DNA of 64,000 nt from an uncultured Acidobacteriaceae bacterium (lineage in GTDB: Bacteria; Acidobacteriota; Terriglobia; Terriglobales; Acidobacteriaceae), in assembly GCA_963813215.1 (NCBI GenBank), contig CAWEXZ010000010.1, positions 160,540 to 224,539 on the forward strand. The letters are read 5' to 3'. Positions 21,099 to 30,877 of this stretch are shown piece after piece. How positions within the stretch are numbered: the first letter of the stretch is position 1; the number at the start of each line of letters is the position of its first letter. The position numbers and the translations under genes are program-made. Below the pieces are notes generated by a model. It was not told the origin of the DNA. It worked only from the letters and a program-made list of their open reading frames with translations, and did not search any database.

Positions 21099-22454
21099 TT
21101 ATTCGCGGAAGCTGATGTCGAGGGCCTTCATTTTGCGGTAGAGATGGCTACGCTCCAGGCCCAGCAACTCGGCGGCGTAGCTGATGTTGTTGCGGGCTTC
21201 CTCGATTTTTTTGAGGATGTACTCGCGCTCGTAGGCGTCGCGGGCCTGCTGCAAGCTGGCGAACTCGCCGGAGGCGCGCGAACCGGATTTCTGCGTGAGC
21301 GGCGGCAAATGCTTGCGCTCGATGCGCAGCACGCGCGGATTCAGTATCAGCACCCTCTCGATCACGTTTTTCAATTCGCGCACGTTTCCCGGCCAGTGGT
21401 ACGCGGCCAGCGTCTCCAGAGCTTCTTCGCCAATCTCGATGCGGGGACGGCCGTACTGGCGACCGAACTCGGCCAGGAAGTCGCGCACCAGCGGCGGAAT
21501 GTCCTGCTTGCGCTCGCGCAGCGGGGGCACGAAAAACGGCACGACATTGAGGCGGTAGAAGAGGTCTTCGCGAAAATTGCCCTTGGCGATCTCCTCTTCG
21601 AGATCTTTGTTGGTGGACGCGATCAGGCGTACGTCGACGCGCAACGGCTGCGCGCCGCCTACCGGAGTAAACATTTGGTCGTCGAGCGCGCTCAGGACTT
21701 TGGCCTGGGTTTTGAGGCTCATGTCGCCCACTTCGTCCAGGAAGAGCGTGCCGCCATCGGCGCGTTCGAGGGTGCCGCGCTGGTCGGGCGTGCCGTTGCC
21801 CTGCGAGCCGCGGCGCGAACCGAAGAGCTCCGCCTCAATGTGCGCCTCGGGAATGGCAGCGCAGTTCAGTTCCAGAAATACGCGGTCGCGGCGCAGGCTC
21901 TCGGCGTGAATGGCGCGCGCGATCAACTCTTTACCGGTTCCGGATTCGCCGTAGATGAGAACCCGGCCGTTGGTGGGCGCCATCAGGCGAATCTGCTGGC
22001 GCAGGGCCTTCATGGGAACGCTCTCGCCGGTCAGCACCGCGTTGGCACTGAACTGGCGTTTGAATTCCTCGTTTTCGGTGCGCAGGCGGCGCGCCTCGGC
22101 GGCGTTCTTGAGCACGATGAGGGTGCGATCCAGGGAGAGCGGCTTTTCGAGAAAGTCGTATGCGCCGAGTTTGGTAGCTTTGACGGCGGCTTCGATGGTG
22201 CCGTGGCCGCTGATGATGATGGCTTCCGGCCGCAATGCGGAGGGCATTTGGCGAATGTCAGAGAGCACGTCGAGGCCGTCGCGATCGGGAAGCCAGATGT
22301 CGAGCAGGACCACGTCGTAGGGCGCGTCCTGCAGCATGAGGGTGGCTTCGCCGGCGGTGGCGGCGCAGGCTACGCTGTAGCCCTCCTCGCAAAGGATCTC
22401 TTCGAGGGAATTGCGAATCTCCTCTTCGTCGTCGACCACCAGGATGTGATTCAT
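21099..22454 (-). CDS. NtrX-like response regulator (receiver + AAA+ + Fis HTH)
   Basis: Receiver ILVVDDEEEIR...LLDIWLPDRDG, Walker A GESGTGKE and a C-terminal HTH. The GAFTGA loop is absent (ELFGSRRGSQGNGTPDQRG), as in NtrX-type proteins. It overlaps the upstream kinase by 4 nt. Confidence 0.9.
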   Translation of the reverse strand: MNHILVVDDEEEIRNSLEEILCEEGYSVACAATAGEATLMLQDAPYDVVLLDIWLPDRDGLDVLSDIRQMPSALRPEAIIISGHGTIEAAVKATKLGAYDFLEKPLSLDRTLIVLKNAAEARRLRTENEEFKRQFSANAVLTGESVPMKALRQQIRLMAPTNGRVLIYGESGTGKELIARAIHAESLRRDRVFLELNCAAIPEAHIEAELFGSRRGSQGNGTPDQRGTLERADGGTLFLDEVGDMSLKTQAKVLSALDDQMFTPVGGAQPLRVDVRLIASTNKDLEEEIAKGNFREDLFYRLNVVPFFVPPLRERKQDIPPLVRDFLAEFGRQYGRPRIEIGEEALETLAAYHWPGNVRELKNVIERVLILNPRVLRIERKHLPPLTQKSGSRASGEFASLQQARDAYEREYILKKIEEARNNISYAAELLGLERSHLYRKMKALDISFRE

Positions 22455-24742
22455 TTGAGGAGCCCCGTTAGCGGAATCGCTGCGCCGGATTCCTGCTCCG
22501 GCTGTGGGGGCTGAGCATTCGATTCCATCAGCGGCAGGCGCAGGACGAAGCGCGCACCCTTGGGGCTGTTGGACTCGGCGCGGAGAGAGCCGCCATGCTC
22601 CTGCACGATCTTGGCGGCAATGGCCAGGCCCAATCCGGTTCCGCGATGCTTGGTGGAGTAGAAGGGCAGGAACAGGCGCTCCCGAATCTGATCGGTGAGT
22701 CCGTGGCCGGTGTCGGAGATGACGACCTCAACCGCAGCGCTGTCCTCACTGAGTGCAGTTTGAATGCTGAGCACGCGCAGCAGACTGCCTTGCATGGCTT
22801 CTGCGGCGTTGTCGATGAGGTTGGCCAGGGCCCGGCGAATAGCCTCAGGGTCGGCGAGCACCACGGGCAGATCGGGCTCCAGGTCGCGCTGGACGGTGAT
22901 GCCCTCAAGCCGGCCTGCAAACAATGCCAGTGCCTCGTCGGCCACCTGGTTGATGCCGCAGAGGCGCGGCTGCGATGCGGGGAACTGCGCAAGTGCCGAA
23001 AACTGATCGACCAGGGTGCGCAGCGTGCCTACACAGCCCAGGATGACTTCACTGCATTTGCGGATCACGTTGGGCGAGTCGGCCTGGCCGCGGTCGAGAT
23101 GGCGGCCTATGCGCTCGGCGCTGAGCGCGATGGGCGTGAGCGGGTTCTTGATTTCGTGGGCGACGCGCTGCGCCACTTCTTTCCAGGCCAACTGCCGCTG
23201 CGCGCGCAGCAACTCCGTGGTGTCTTCGACGACCAGGACTGTGCCGGCACGGCCGTGACCGAGTTCGAGCCTGGCGCTGGTGATGGCTACATGAATGATG
23301 CGCCCGCGCGCATGAAACTCGATTTCAGTGGACGCCGCTCCCATGCGCTGGCCGCGGCGGATTACGCTGCCGATGTCCTCGGCGCACTCGGCCGGAAAGA
23401 GCGCGTCGATCTTTTCGCCGGGCTGCACATCCGTCTCGCGGCGGCCGATCAGCTCCGCAAAGGCGCGGTTCGACTGCAGCACGATATCGGAGCTGTCGAG
23501 AGTGACCAGGCCGCTGGGGATGGTCTCCACAATGGTTTCAAGCTCGCGCCGCCGCTCCTCGACTGCGCGGTTGGCTGCGGTCAACAGCGCCTGCGCGCTC
23601 TCAGCCAGCTTGCGGCTGGTGTCAAGATCGGCTGCCATGTGATTGAAGGAACGCACCAGATCGGCCATCTCTCCCGTGGCTAACGCGGCGACGCGATACT
23701 CATATTTGCCTGCGGCGATTTCGTCCATGGCATCGGCGAGCGCTTCAACCGGGCGCGTGATCTGCTTGGACAGGAACAAGGCCATCCAGACGCTGGAGAA
23801 AAAGACGAAGACCGTAATCAGCAACAACATGAGGATAAAGGTGGTGCGGACACGGCTACGGGAACGAGAGAGTTGATGGTATTCCGCCATGCCTGAGCGG
23901 ATATGAGCGGTGGTCTGGCTGAGGCCTTGAGGCATGGGAAGCGCGACCACGACGACTCTGCCAGCGCCGGCTGCGGCCATGCCGAGCGCGTATTCCCGTC
24001 CCGCGACACGAAGCAAGGTTTCGTCGCTGCGCTGCGCTGCGGGGAGAAGAATGTTAGAAAGCGCCCCTTTGAGCAGAACACCTTCGCCGCCCTGGTCATC
24101 GAGCCAGTTGACCAGCGTCGCGGGGCTTGCCTCGGCGGGTGCCTCGAAATCCGCGAGCACGTGGCGTTGCGCGTCGTAGACGGCCGCAAAGCCCCCGTCG
24201 AGCGTGATGCGATGCGAGCCGAGTACTTGCTGTAATTGTGCGGGGTCTTTCTCGATTGCGCCGGACGAGGCGATCGATTCCGCCTCAACGCGCGCATTGC
24301 CGATGGCGTACTGGGCCAGCTCGAGGATGACGCGATTGGAATCTTCACGCAGGTCTGCCGTGGGCTGCGAGAACCACCGGTCGATGGAGCGGTTCATGAG
24401 CAGGAAGCTGAACAGAAACATGCAGACGGCGGGAATGAGTGCGATTAGCGCCGCGCCCACCACGAGCCGGGTGCGTAAACGCGCTCCCAATGCGCTGCCG
24501 CTCTGATCGGCATAGAGCTTGAGGATGCTCCTGAACAGCAACGTGAGCATGAGCAGGAGCACCAGGAACACGAGCACGATGACGCCGACAAACACCAGCG
24601 TCTCGCCTGACGTTTGAGGGTTGAGAAACCTCCAACCAGACAAGTTGAAGGCCTGCAACGCGCCCAGCAAGGCGAAGAGGAAGACGACCCCGCACAGAAG
24701 CAGGACCATGGATCGCCGCCGTGGATCGCCCAGGAAGGACAT
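22451..24742 (-). CDS. NtrY-like sensor histidine kinase (TM-HAMP-PAS-HisKA-HATPase)
   Basis: 763 aa with N-terminal TM helices, HAMP (ITRPVEALADAMDEIAAGKY), a PAS region, H-box VAHEIKNPLTPI and GTGLGLAIA. Confidence 0.88.
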   Translation of the reverse strand: MSFLGDPRRRSMVLLLCGVVFLFALLGALQAFNLSGWRFLNPQTSGETLVFVGVIVLVFLVLLLMLTLLFRSILKLYADQSGSALGARLRTRLVVGAALIALIPAVCMFLFSFLLMNRSIDRWFSQPTADLREDSNRVILELAQYAIGNARVEAESIASSGAIEKDPAQLQQVLGSHRITLDGGFAAVYDAQRHVLADFEAPAEASPATLVNWLDDQGGEGVLLKGALSNILLPAAQRSDETLLRVAGREYALGMAAAGAGRVVVVALPMPQGLSQTTAHIRSGMAEYHQLSRSRSRVRTTFILMLLLITVFVFFSSVWMALFLSKQITRPVEALADAMDEIAAGKYEYRVAALATGEMADLVRSFNHMAADLDTSRKLAESAQALLTAANRAVEERRRELETIVETIPSGLVTLDSSDIVLQSNRAFAELIGRRETDVQPGEKIDALFPAECAEDIGSVIRRGQRMGAASTEIEFHARGRIIHVAITSARLELGHGRAGTVLVVEDTTELLRAQRQLAWKEVAQRVAHEIKNPLTPIALSAERIGRHLDRGQADSPNVIRKCSEVILGCVGTLRTLVDQFSALAQFPASQPRLCGINQVADEALALFAGRLEGITVQRDLEPDLPVVLADPEAIRRALANLIDNAAEAMQGSLLRVLSIQTALSEDSAAVEVVISDTGHGLTDQIRERLFLPFYSTKHRGTGLGLAIAAKIVQEHGGSLRAESNSPKGARFVLRLPLMESNAQPPQPEQESGAAIPLTGLLK

Positions 24743-24796
24743 GGGGCGATTATAGGACTAGGTCCCCGACCGCATGAATTCGTACTTTTGGCTTCC

Positions 24797-24843
24797 GAGG
24801 TTTCCCACCCTTTCGCCAGAGAAAAGGCGAAAGGACGGGGCAC
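24797..24843. repeat. Family A palindromic element (CCCACCC...inner hairpin...GGGGCAC)
   Basis: gaggtttCCCACCCtttcGCCagagaaaaGGCgaaaggacGGGGCAC. Confidence 0.8.
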
Positions 24844-24876
24844 GGAACTGGCACAAAATCAAGCGGTCAAAGACCT

Positions 24877-24915
24877 AGGGGCTAAGGACTAGGCACTAAG
24901 GACAAGAGAACAGGG
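24877..24915 (+). repeat. Degenerate family D-like array
   Basis: taggggctaaggactaggcactaaggacaagagaacaggg. Confidence 0.45.
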
Positions 24916-24928
24916 CCGCAACACGGCA

Positions 24929-25705
24929 TTAGATTTGTGAACAGGGCAGCGGGCTGAGGATCAGGTTGCTGACGTTGTCCACGATCTGGTCGAAGGCAAA
25001 GCGCGGGTTTGAGGAGAGCTTCTTCCAGCCCGGATTGTTCTTGAACTGATCCCATCCGGTTTCAAGGGCAGCCATGTCGGGGAAGGTGAGCATGTAGGTG
25101 AGGCAGGGCATGCGCGACCCGATAAGGGTGTCACCGAAGAACACGGGATTACAACCGGACTGCTTGAAGTACTCAAACTCGCCGGAGTGGAACATCTCCA
25201 CCTTGCGCACGTGGTCGGCGTTGCTGGGGCTTTCGTAGGTGCGCAGTTGAAAGATGCGCTTGCCCGCGGCCGGCGCAGTGAGCTTCGGCCAGCCTTCGAA
25301 GGCGGCAAGTAGCCCGCTCTCCACGCGCTGGAAGGCTGGCGCAGCGGCCGTTGCATTCCAGAAGGGCGCGGCCACTTTCAGGAAGTCTGCGTCTTTACTG
25401 AGGGTCACATCTAATTCCGCAAGAGCGGTGGCAGAGGAACCGGGAATGATGAGGTAATAGGCGGGCGATTCGGGGCCGTAGGTAAGCTGCATGGCACCGA
25501 CGGGTCCCATCCCCAGGCGCGCCAGGGTCGGAATGAGCGCGTTGGAGAAGTAGGAACTGGTGAGCGCCGATTGCGGGCCGCTTTGCAACTGGTAGCGGCG
25601 GATCTGGTAGAACTCGCGCTCCGAGGCGGGCTGCGGCTGGGCGTTGCCGGCTAATGCTGAGGCTGATGCCGCAATCGATGCTGCGAGAAACTCGCGCCGT
25701 TTCAT
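24929..25705 (-). CDS. NIPSNAP-family protein with Tat-type signal
   Basis: MKRREFLAASIAASASALAG signal. The body is two-part, with an FQIRRYQL / FQLRTYES duplication typical of NIPSNAP. Confidence 0.65.
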   Translation of the reverse strand: MKRREFLAASIAASASALAGNAQPQPASEREFYQIRRYQLQSGPQSALTSSYFSNALIPTLARLGMGPVGAMQLTYGPESPAYYLIIPGSSATALAELDVTLSKDADFLKVAAPFWNATAAAPAFQRVESGLLAAFEGWPKLTAPAAGKRIFQLRTYESPSNADHVRKVEMFHSGEFEYFKQSGCNPVFFGDTLIGSRMPCLTYMLTFPDMAALETGWDQFKNNPGWKKLSSNPRFAFDQIVDNVSNLILSPLPCSQI

Positions 25706-25751
25706 TGTGATCCTCCGGGTGAAGGACCATTCTACGGCACGGGATGCGAGA

Positions 25752-25775
25752 GGCTGAAGCCCGTACCCTTCAAAA
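25752..25775. repeat. Family B unit (GGCTGAAGCCCGTACCCTTCAAA)
   Basis: ggctgaagcccgtacccttcaaaa, between the NIPSNAP gene and ald. Confidence 0.75.
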
Positions 25776-25809
25776 CTTTCTTACTACCCCACGACCGCAT
25801 TTTTGAGAA

Positions 25810-26926
25810 CTATGCGGCGGCCTTTGCCGGCGCGGTCCAGGCGCGCTGCTGGCTTTCGGCGACGCCTTGGTGGGTGAGCATGCCGAGCCATGTGTTCAGC
25901 CCTTCGGCAAGTCCGGGATCCTGGCGCAACGCCTCGTGCGCGCCCAGGTTGGCCAGGCGCAGCACATACGGGAATGTCGAATTGGTGAGCGCCAGCGTGG
26001 AGGTGTTGGGCACCGCGCCGGGCATGTTGGTGACGCAGTAGTGGACCACGCCGTCGACCGTGTAGCTGGGGTTGGAGTGCGAGGTGGGCCGCGCCGTTTC
26101 CACGCAGCCGCCCTGGTCGATGGCAACGTCTACAATCACCGCACCCTTCTTCATCTGCGAGACCATGGCGCGGGTGAGCAGTTTGGGAGCTGTAGCCCCG
26201 GGAATGAGCACGCCACCGATGACGAGATCGGCTTCGCGCGAGGCGCGCGCGATGTTGTAGCTGTTGGAGGCCAGCGTGTAAAGGCGTCCTGCCAAAGAGA
26301 TCGTCGAGCTCGCGCAGCCGGTTTATGTTCACGTCAATGAGCGTGACCTTGGCACCGAAGCCGAGCGCGATGCGCGCCGCGTTAGTGCCGACGATGCCGC
26401 CGCCCAGAATTGTCACGTGCGCCGGTGGCACGCCCGGCACGCCGCCCAGCAGAATGCCGCGTCCACCCTTCTCTTTTTCGAGATAGCTGGCGCCCACCTG
26501 TACGCTCATGCGGCCGGCCACCTCACTCATGGGCATGAGCAGGGGAAGCGTCCCGCGCTGGTCGCGCACGGTTTCATAGGCGATGCCGATGACCTTCGAG
26601 TCGAGAAGTGTATTTGTAAGCGCGGGCAACGGGGCGAGATGCAGATACGTGAAGAGAACCAAACCTTCGCGGAAGAAGACGTACTCCTTCTCGATGGGCT
26701 CCTTGACCTTGACCACCATGTCGGACTTGCCCCACACGTAACCGGCTTCGCCGACAATTTCGGCACCGGCATTCTGGTACTCTTCGTCCGGGAAGCCGGA
26801 ACCGGCGCCAGCCTGGGTTTCGACCAGTACATCGTGGCCGGCTTCGCGCAGCGCCTTGACTGCGGCTGGGGTAATGCCGACGCGGGCTTCGTTGTCCTTG
26901 ATCTCTTTGGGAACGCCGACGATCAT
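25810..26926 (-). pseudogene. ald: Alanine dehydrogenase, interrupted by a 1-nt insertion (or sequencing error)
   Basis: The N-terminal 211 aa ([21 protein letters not shown]...RELDDLFG) are in one frame and the C-terminal 160 aa ([13 protein letters not shown]...[10 protein letters not shown]...YCVTNMPG) are in another. The junction reads ctc ttt ggc A gga cgc, with the extra base at about 26290. The span is 1117 nt, i.e. 372 codons + 1. Confidence 0.85.
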
Positions 26927-27102
26927 GGGCTGCCTCCGTACTCGGGGATTTAGATGTCGCGGTTGAAGAAAAAGCCCGGCGCCGTGCGGGTCCTGAAAAC
27001 TGAGAGATCTCGGGGCGCCGGGAAAATACTCCGGTTGTAATGGAAGGATGGTACGGCGGTTCAACCTGCCGATGTGTGCAAACTTTGTGATAAAACGAGC
27101 TA

Positions 27103-27636
27103 ATGGGAATGAAACGTGCGCGGAACCGAGAAACAGTGCAAGATTCACCTTCAGAGCAATTGGATGGAGGGATTGCGCGCTCATCCGGGCTTGACGACTA
27201 CGATGCGGCAATTCTGCGTTACCTGGAGCGGCATGGTCGTGCCACGAACTACGAGGTCGGCGAGGCTGTCGGATTGTCGGCTTCGGCGTCGTCGCGGCGC
27301 ATTCTGGCACTCGAGTCGTCTGGCGCGATTCGGGGCTACCGCACCGTGATCGACGAGCGGATGCTGGGAAAGTCGATGACGGTGTATATCCGCGTGACGC
27401 TGGAGCGGCAGTCGGCCGCGGTGCTGAGCGCTTTTGAGACGGCCGTGCGGCATTGCCACGACATTGTGAGTTGCCATCTTCTGGCTGGTCAGTATGACTA
27501 CATCCTGGTGGCGCGCGTGGCGGGCATGGACGATTATGGGCGGCTGCACCAGAACGAGTTGTCGCGGCTGCCTGGCGTGACGCGGCTGGAGACGAGCTTT
27601 GCGCTGCGGGATGTGTTGGAAGGCAAGAGTCGTTAA
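27103..27636 (+). CDS. Lrp/AsnC-family transcriptional regulator
   Basis: [41 protein letters not shown] plus a RAM/AsnC_trans_reg C-terminal domain. It is divergent from ald, the classic arrangement. Confidence 0.88.
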   Translation: MGMKRARNRETVQDSPSEQLDGGIARSSGLDDYDAAILRYLERHGRATNYEVGEAVGLSASASSRRILALESSGAIRGYRTVIDERMLGKSMTVYIRVTLERQSAAVLSAFETAVRHCHDIVSCHLLAGQYDYILVARVAGMDDYGRLHQNELSRLPGVTRLETSFALRDVLEGKSR

Positions 27637-27706
27637 CGGGGAAGGGTCTGGATGAAAAAGAAAGTTGTAGCTTGCGGCAAAAGACTGTAGATAAAGGGCT
27701 ATAGAT

Positions 27707-27758
27707 ATGGATATCCCACCCTAGGCTCAAAAGCAAAGGCGCGCCGAAGGTGGGGCAC
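27707..27758. repeat. Family A element (diverged)
   Basis: atatCCCACCCtaggctcaaaagcaaaggcgcgccgaaggtGGGGCAC. Confidence 0.7.
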
Positions 27759-27766
27759 CCAGCGGT

Positions 27767-28768
27767 TTGGTCTGGCTTCAGAGTTGGAGAGGAGCGCTTT
27801 TCGGTATGACTGGCAGCGATGGAGAGGCCGGCAAAGCTGTGGAGAGTGTGGAGGCGACAGCTCCCTCTGAAACCGGTACGGATTTTGGCGTGCAGCAGCA
27901 TTCCGTTGACCCGCCTGGCCAGGAAATAATGCCGCCTTCCGCTCCGCCATTGTTGCTGTTCGTCATTCTTGGGGTTGCGGCGATGATTGGCCTGGGCATT
28001 TTCTTCGCAGTTCGCATTCATTCTTTGGCCGGTCCTGCGGAGTTTCAGGATCTTGGAGCGGGCATTTCCAATGCGACGGGATTGAAAGGCGATCTGAAGG
28101 CGAGATGGCAGGATAAGGCGGCACAATACGAGCTGAAGATCGAGCCGATCGACCCGATGCAGAGTGCCGGGTTCTCTTCCGTTGTCGCCAATTCTCCGGC
28201 GCCACTGTCGATTCATGTAAAGCTCCTCGATGCTACTGGATTTGCGGTGTGCGGCAAGGACATTTTGTTTCCGTTCAACGGCCCGGGTGAACAGGATCGA
28301 GAGCGCGGGCAGGATCTATTGCAGGGTGCGATTGGCGACGATGGCAAGCTATTGGCGGTGACGGCGCAAGGAACTTTGCCGTGTACTGCGGCACAGTACA
28401 AGCAGATCGTTTACTGGGATTTTTCCACCAACTTTCCTACGCTTGCCGAGCAGGACGAGCTCATGACGCAGACCTCGCAGCTCAAGGCTCGGCCGAAAGC
28501 CCGAGCAGCGCTGCCGAGACGAAAAGGGCAACGGTCGGCCTTTTACACCGAGGGTGATGATCGGGTGACTGGCTACGATGCTTCGCGAAAAATATTGCAG
28601 ACAGGTCTGGGGCGGAATTTTCTGGTGAGCGGTTCGGCGGGACAGGCCACCGCCAGTGAGTGGGCGACGAACGGCGCCCTTTTTCATTACCGGTGCGATC
28701 AACGGTCGCGGTGCGTGCTGACTCATGCCGGCGGAATGGAGTCGCTGCCGGTGTTTGCGCTGCAGTGA
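27767..28768 (+). CDS. Hypothetical single-pass membrane protein
   Basis: TM helix [22 protein letters not shown] followed by a ~240-aa extracytoplasmic domain. No motif recognised. The start may instead be the internal ATG at 27806. Confidence 0.5.
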   Translation: MVWLQSWRGALFGMTGSDGEAGKAVESVEATAPSETGTDFGVQQHSVDPPGQEIMPPSAPPLLLFVILGVAAMIGLGIFFAVRIHSLAGPAEFQDLGAGISNATGLKGDLKARWQDKAAQYELKIEPIDPMQSAGFSSVVANSPAPLSIHVKLLDATGFAVCGKDILFPFNGPGEQDRERGQDLLQGAIGDDGKLLAVTAQGTLPCTAAQYKQIVYWDFSTNFPTLAEQDELMTQTSQLKARPKARAALPRRKGQRSAFYTEGDDRVTGYDASRKILQTGLGRNFLVSGSAGQATASEWATNGALFHYRCDQRSRCVLTHAGGMESLPVFALQ

Positions 28769-28796
28769 AGCGGCCAGGGCACTGGCGAAACAGCAG

Positions 28797-29077
28797 CCCG
28801 CAGGGGCTGAAGCCCACCTTGATTTTGCTGGCTTTATTGGCCCGACTAAAGTCGTGCCCTTGTTACAAAGCCCACACGGAGAGTTTTTCCGCAAGCCTGT
28901 AAAGCCCAGTCTTTTTTGCAACGTTTGCGCACGGCTGAAGCCGTGCCCTGTTACAAAGCCCCACACGGAGAGGTTTTCCGCAGCCTGTGAAGCCGTGCTC
29001 TTCACGGCTGAAGACCGCACCCTTCACGGCTGAAGCCCGTAGCCTTCAAATCAGCGAGTTCTTCAGAGGTTCCTTAG
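28797..29077. repeat. Family B repeat cluster
   Basis: Multiple GGCTGAAGCC(C/G)-type short palindromes plus a ~55-nt internal direct repeat (28851-28907 versus 28940-28995). It ends with TTCAGAGGTTCCTTAG, which contains the gpr stop codon. Confidence 0.8.
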
Positions 29078-30114
29078 TTCATTGACTCGCGGGCGCCTTT
29101 CCACAGGTCGACGCCGCTTTCCTGGGCGTAGCGATCGATTTCCTTGAGTTCAGTGTCGGTGAAGTCGAGTTTCTTGAGGGCGTCGAGCGAGTCGTCGAGC
29201 TGCTCGACGTTGCGTGCCCCGATGAGAGCCGAGGTAACGCGCTTGTCGCGCAGCACCCAGGCGATGGCCATCTGCGCGAGAGTCTGGCCGCGGCCTTCGG
29301 CAATGGCATTTAGGGCGCGGACGCGGACGATGTTGGACTCATCGAGAAACTCGCGCAGCATGGAGGAGTTGGCCATGGTGGCTCGGGAGTTTTCCGGTAC
29401 GCCGCCGAGATATTTCTTGGTGAGCAGACCCTGGGCAAGCGGCGAGAAGGCAATGCAGCCGGCGCCGAATTCGGCCAGCGTGTCGAGCAGTCCTTTCTCG
29501 ATCCAGCGATTGAGCATGGAGTAGGAGGGCTGGTGAATGAGCAGAGGAACGCCCATCTGCTTGAGGATTTGCGCGGCTTCGCGGGTGCGCTCCGGCGCAT
29601 AGGAGGAGATGCCAACGTAGAGCGCCTTGCCCTGGTGGACGGCGGTGACCAGCGCGCCCATGGTTTCTTCGAGCGGAGCATTGTCCCAGGGGCGGTGGGC
29701 GTAGAAGATGTCGACGTAGTCGAGGCCCATGCGCTTGAGGCTGTCGTCGAGCGAGTTGAGCAGGTATTTGCGCGAGGCGCCGATGCCGTAAGGGCCAGGC
29801 CACATGTCCCAGCCGGCCTTGGTGGAGATGACGAGTTCGTTGCGCAGGTTGCGAAAGTCCTTGCGCAGAATGGTGCCGAAGTTCTCTTCCGCGGAGCCGT
29901 ACGGAGGGCCGTAGTTGTTGGCCAGGTCGAAGTGGGTGACGCCGCGGTCGAAGGCGCGACGGATGACGGCGCGGCCGGTCTCGAAGACATCGGCGCCACC
30001 GAAGTTTTGCCACAGTCCGAGGGAAACGGGCGGTAGAACGAGGCCGAATTTGCCGCAGCGGCGGAAGGTGGCGGATTCATAGCGATCGGGATTGGGAATG
30101 TAGGGCGTTTCCAT
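29074..30114 (-). CDS. gpr: Aldo/keto reductase, L-glyceraldehyde-3-phosphate reductase (YghZ/Gpr)-like
   Basis: 346 aa. Long colinear similarity, from memory, to E. coli YghZ (GLWQNFG, THFDLANNYGPPYGSAEENFG, ISTKAGWDMWPGPYG, LLIHQPSYSMLNRW). AAGGAG Shine-Dalgarno before ATG 30114. Confidence 0.88.
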   Translation of the reverse strand: METPYIPNPDRYESATFRRCGKFGLVLPPVSLGLWQNFGGADVFETGRAVIRRAFDRGVTHFDLANNYGPPYGSAEENFGTILRKDFRNLRNELVISTKAGWDMWPGPYGIGASRKYLLNSLDDSLKRMGLDYVDIFYAHRPWDNAPLEETMGALVTAVHQGKALYVGISSYAPERTREAAQILKQMGVPLLIHQPSYSMLNRWIEKGLLDTLAEFGAGCIAFSPLAQGLLTKKYLGGVPENSRATMANSSMLREFLDESNIVRVRALNAIAEGRGQTLAQMAIAWVLRDKRVTSALIGARNVEQLDDSLDALKKLDFTDTELKEIDRYAQESGVDLWKGARESMN

Positions 30115-30213
30115 GCTGAATTGCTCCTTGCCAAAAGTTCTACGTACGAGTATCCCACCCGGCGGGGGGGCGGGTGCGGCGGGGCGGGTTTCGAGCGTGG
30201 CGGAAGTAGAGAT

Positions 30214-30252
30214 GTGGTCTCCCGGGTCTCAGAAGCGAGACCCGGGGCACCC
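30214..30252. repeat. Family A variant (GGTCTCCCGGGTCTC...GAGACCCGGGGCACCC)
   Basis: gtggtctCCCGGGTCTCagaagcGAGACCCGGGgcaccc. A G-rich degenerate copy precedes it at 30151-30190. Confidence 0.75.
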
Positions 30253-30680
30253 GTCAATGAGGAGCGCTGGGCATGATTTGACGGGCATCCCTTGCACATG
30301 GTGATTTCTCCTTCACGTCAGCCCCCTCCCCCCCCCATCATTTTCGTAAGTGTTTGATTTTTTGATACTTGTTCCTTTCTATGACGGTAAGTGATTGATT
30401 GCAAACGATATGTTTTTCAAGTGGTTCAAAAGTAACAGCTTATAACTGCCGGATCGCAATAAAAGCTGATCCGGGGCTGAGGGCCCTCCGTGTGCTGCGC
30501 GGCTGCGAAACGATTTGAGTGTACTCCAGGCGAGGGAAATTACCGGCAAGTTGAGTGGGCAAGTAAGGTTATTGGAATCAACAGATGCGCGAAAATTTTG
30601 GGCGGTGTGGGTTGACTTTGGCTGGGGTGAACCCTTTGGGCGAGACAGTTTGTATTGAGGAGGCCGGCAGGGGAGGCGCA

Positions 30681-30719
30681 GTGGTCTCCCAGGTCTCAAA
30701 ATCGAGACCTGGGGCACCC
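30681..30719. repeat. Family A variant
   Basis: gtggtctCCCAGGTCTCaaaatcGAGACCTGGGgcaccc. Confidence 0.8.
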
Positions 30720-30877
30720 ATCTTCGTGCTGAGTTTGCTTGAGGCATGGGGCCACCCGCCCCACGTGGATTTTGGTGGCCGTTGCGGCCGCCGGGGCTAA
30801 AGTCCCGGCCCGCCTAGTTCCGGCCTACCCAGTTCCGGGCTGCCAGTCACCTGGGGCCGGCCCGCGGCACGAAGCCC

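Noticed and set aside
26285-26295. Programmed ribosomal frameshifting at the ald, acyl-CoA dehydrogenase and ltaE junctions.
   Set aside because: There is no slippery heptamer, no stimulatory Shine-Dalgarno or pseudoknot that I could see, and no precedent in these families. The three sites share no common motif, and one needs -1 while two need +1. Mutation or consensus error is more parsimonious.
25784-28216. 810-aa minus-strand ORF.
   Set aside because: It is a chimera. Only the segment [10 protein letters not shown]...DDLFG is real (the ald N-terminal half). The rest is read-through of the frameshifted ald 3' half plus upstream non-coding or antisense sequence, including a family A repeat and the antisense of the Lrp gene.
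28797-29077. Possible CRISPR array. The same question applies to the 39369-39716 and 48590-48750 repeat clusters.
   Set aside because: The units are short palindromes of variable sequence and spacing, with no constant repeat/spacer periodicity. There are no cas genes. The same units occur singly throughout the window (REP-like behaviour).
29310-30299. 329-aa minus-strand ORF starting at ATG 30299 with a good GAAGGAG Shine-Dalgarno.
   Set aside because: It runs through a family A repeat and then overlaps gpr out of frame. Its translation is P/S/A/R-rich with no motifs. The Shine-Dalgarno-like sequence may still matter for the leader region (see the AT-rich island finding).
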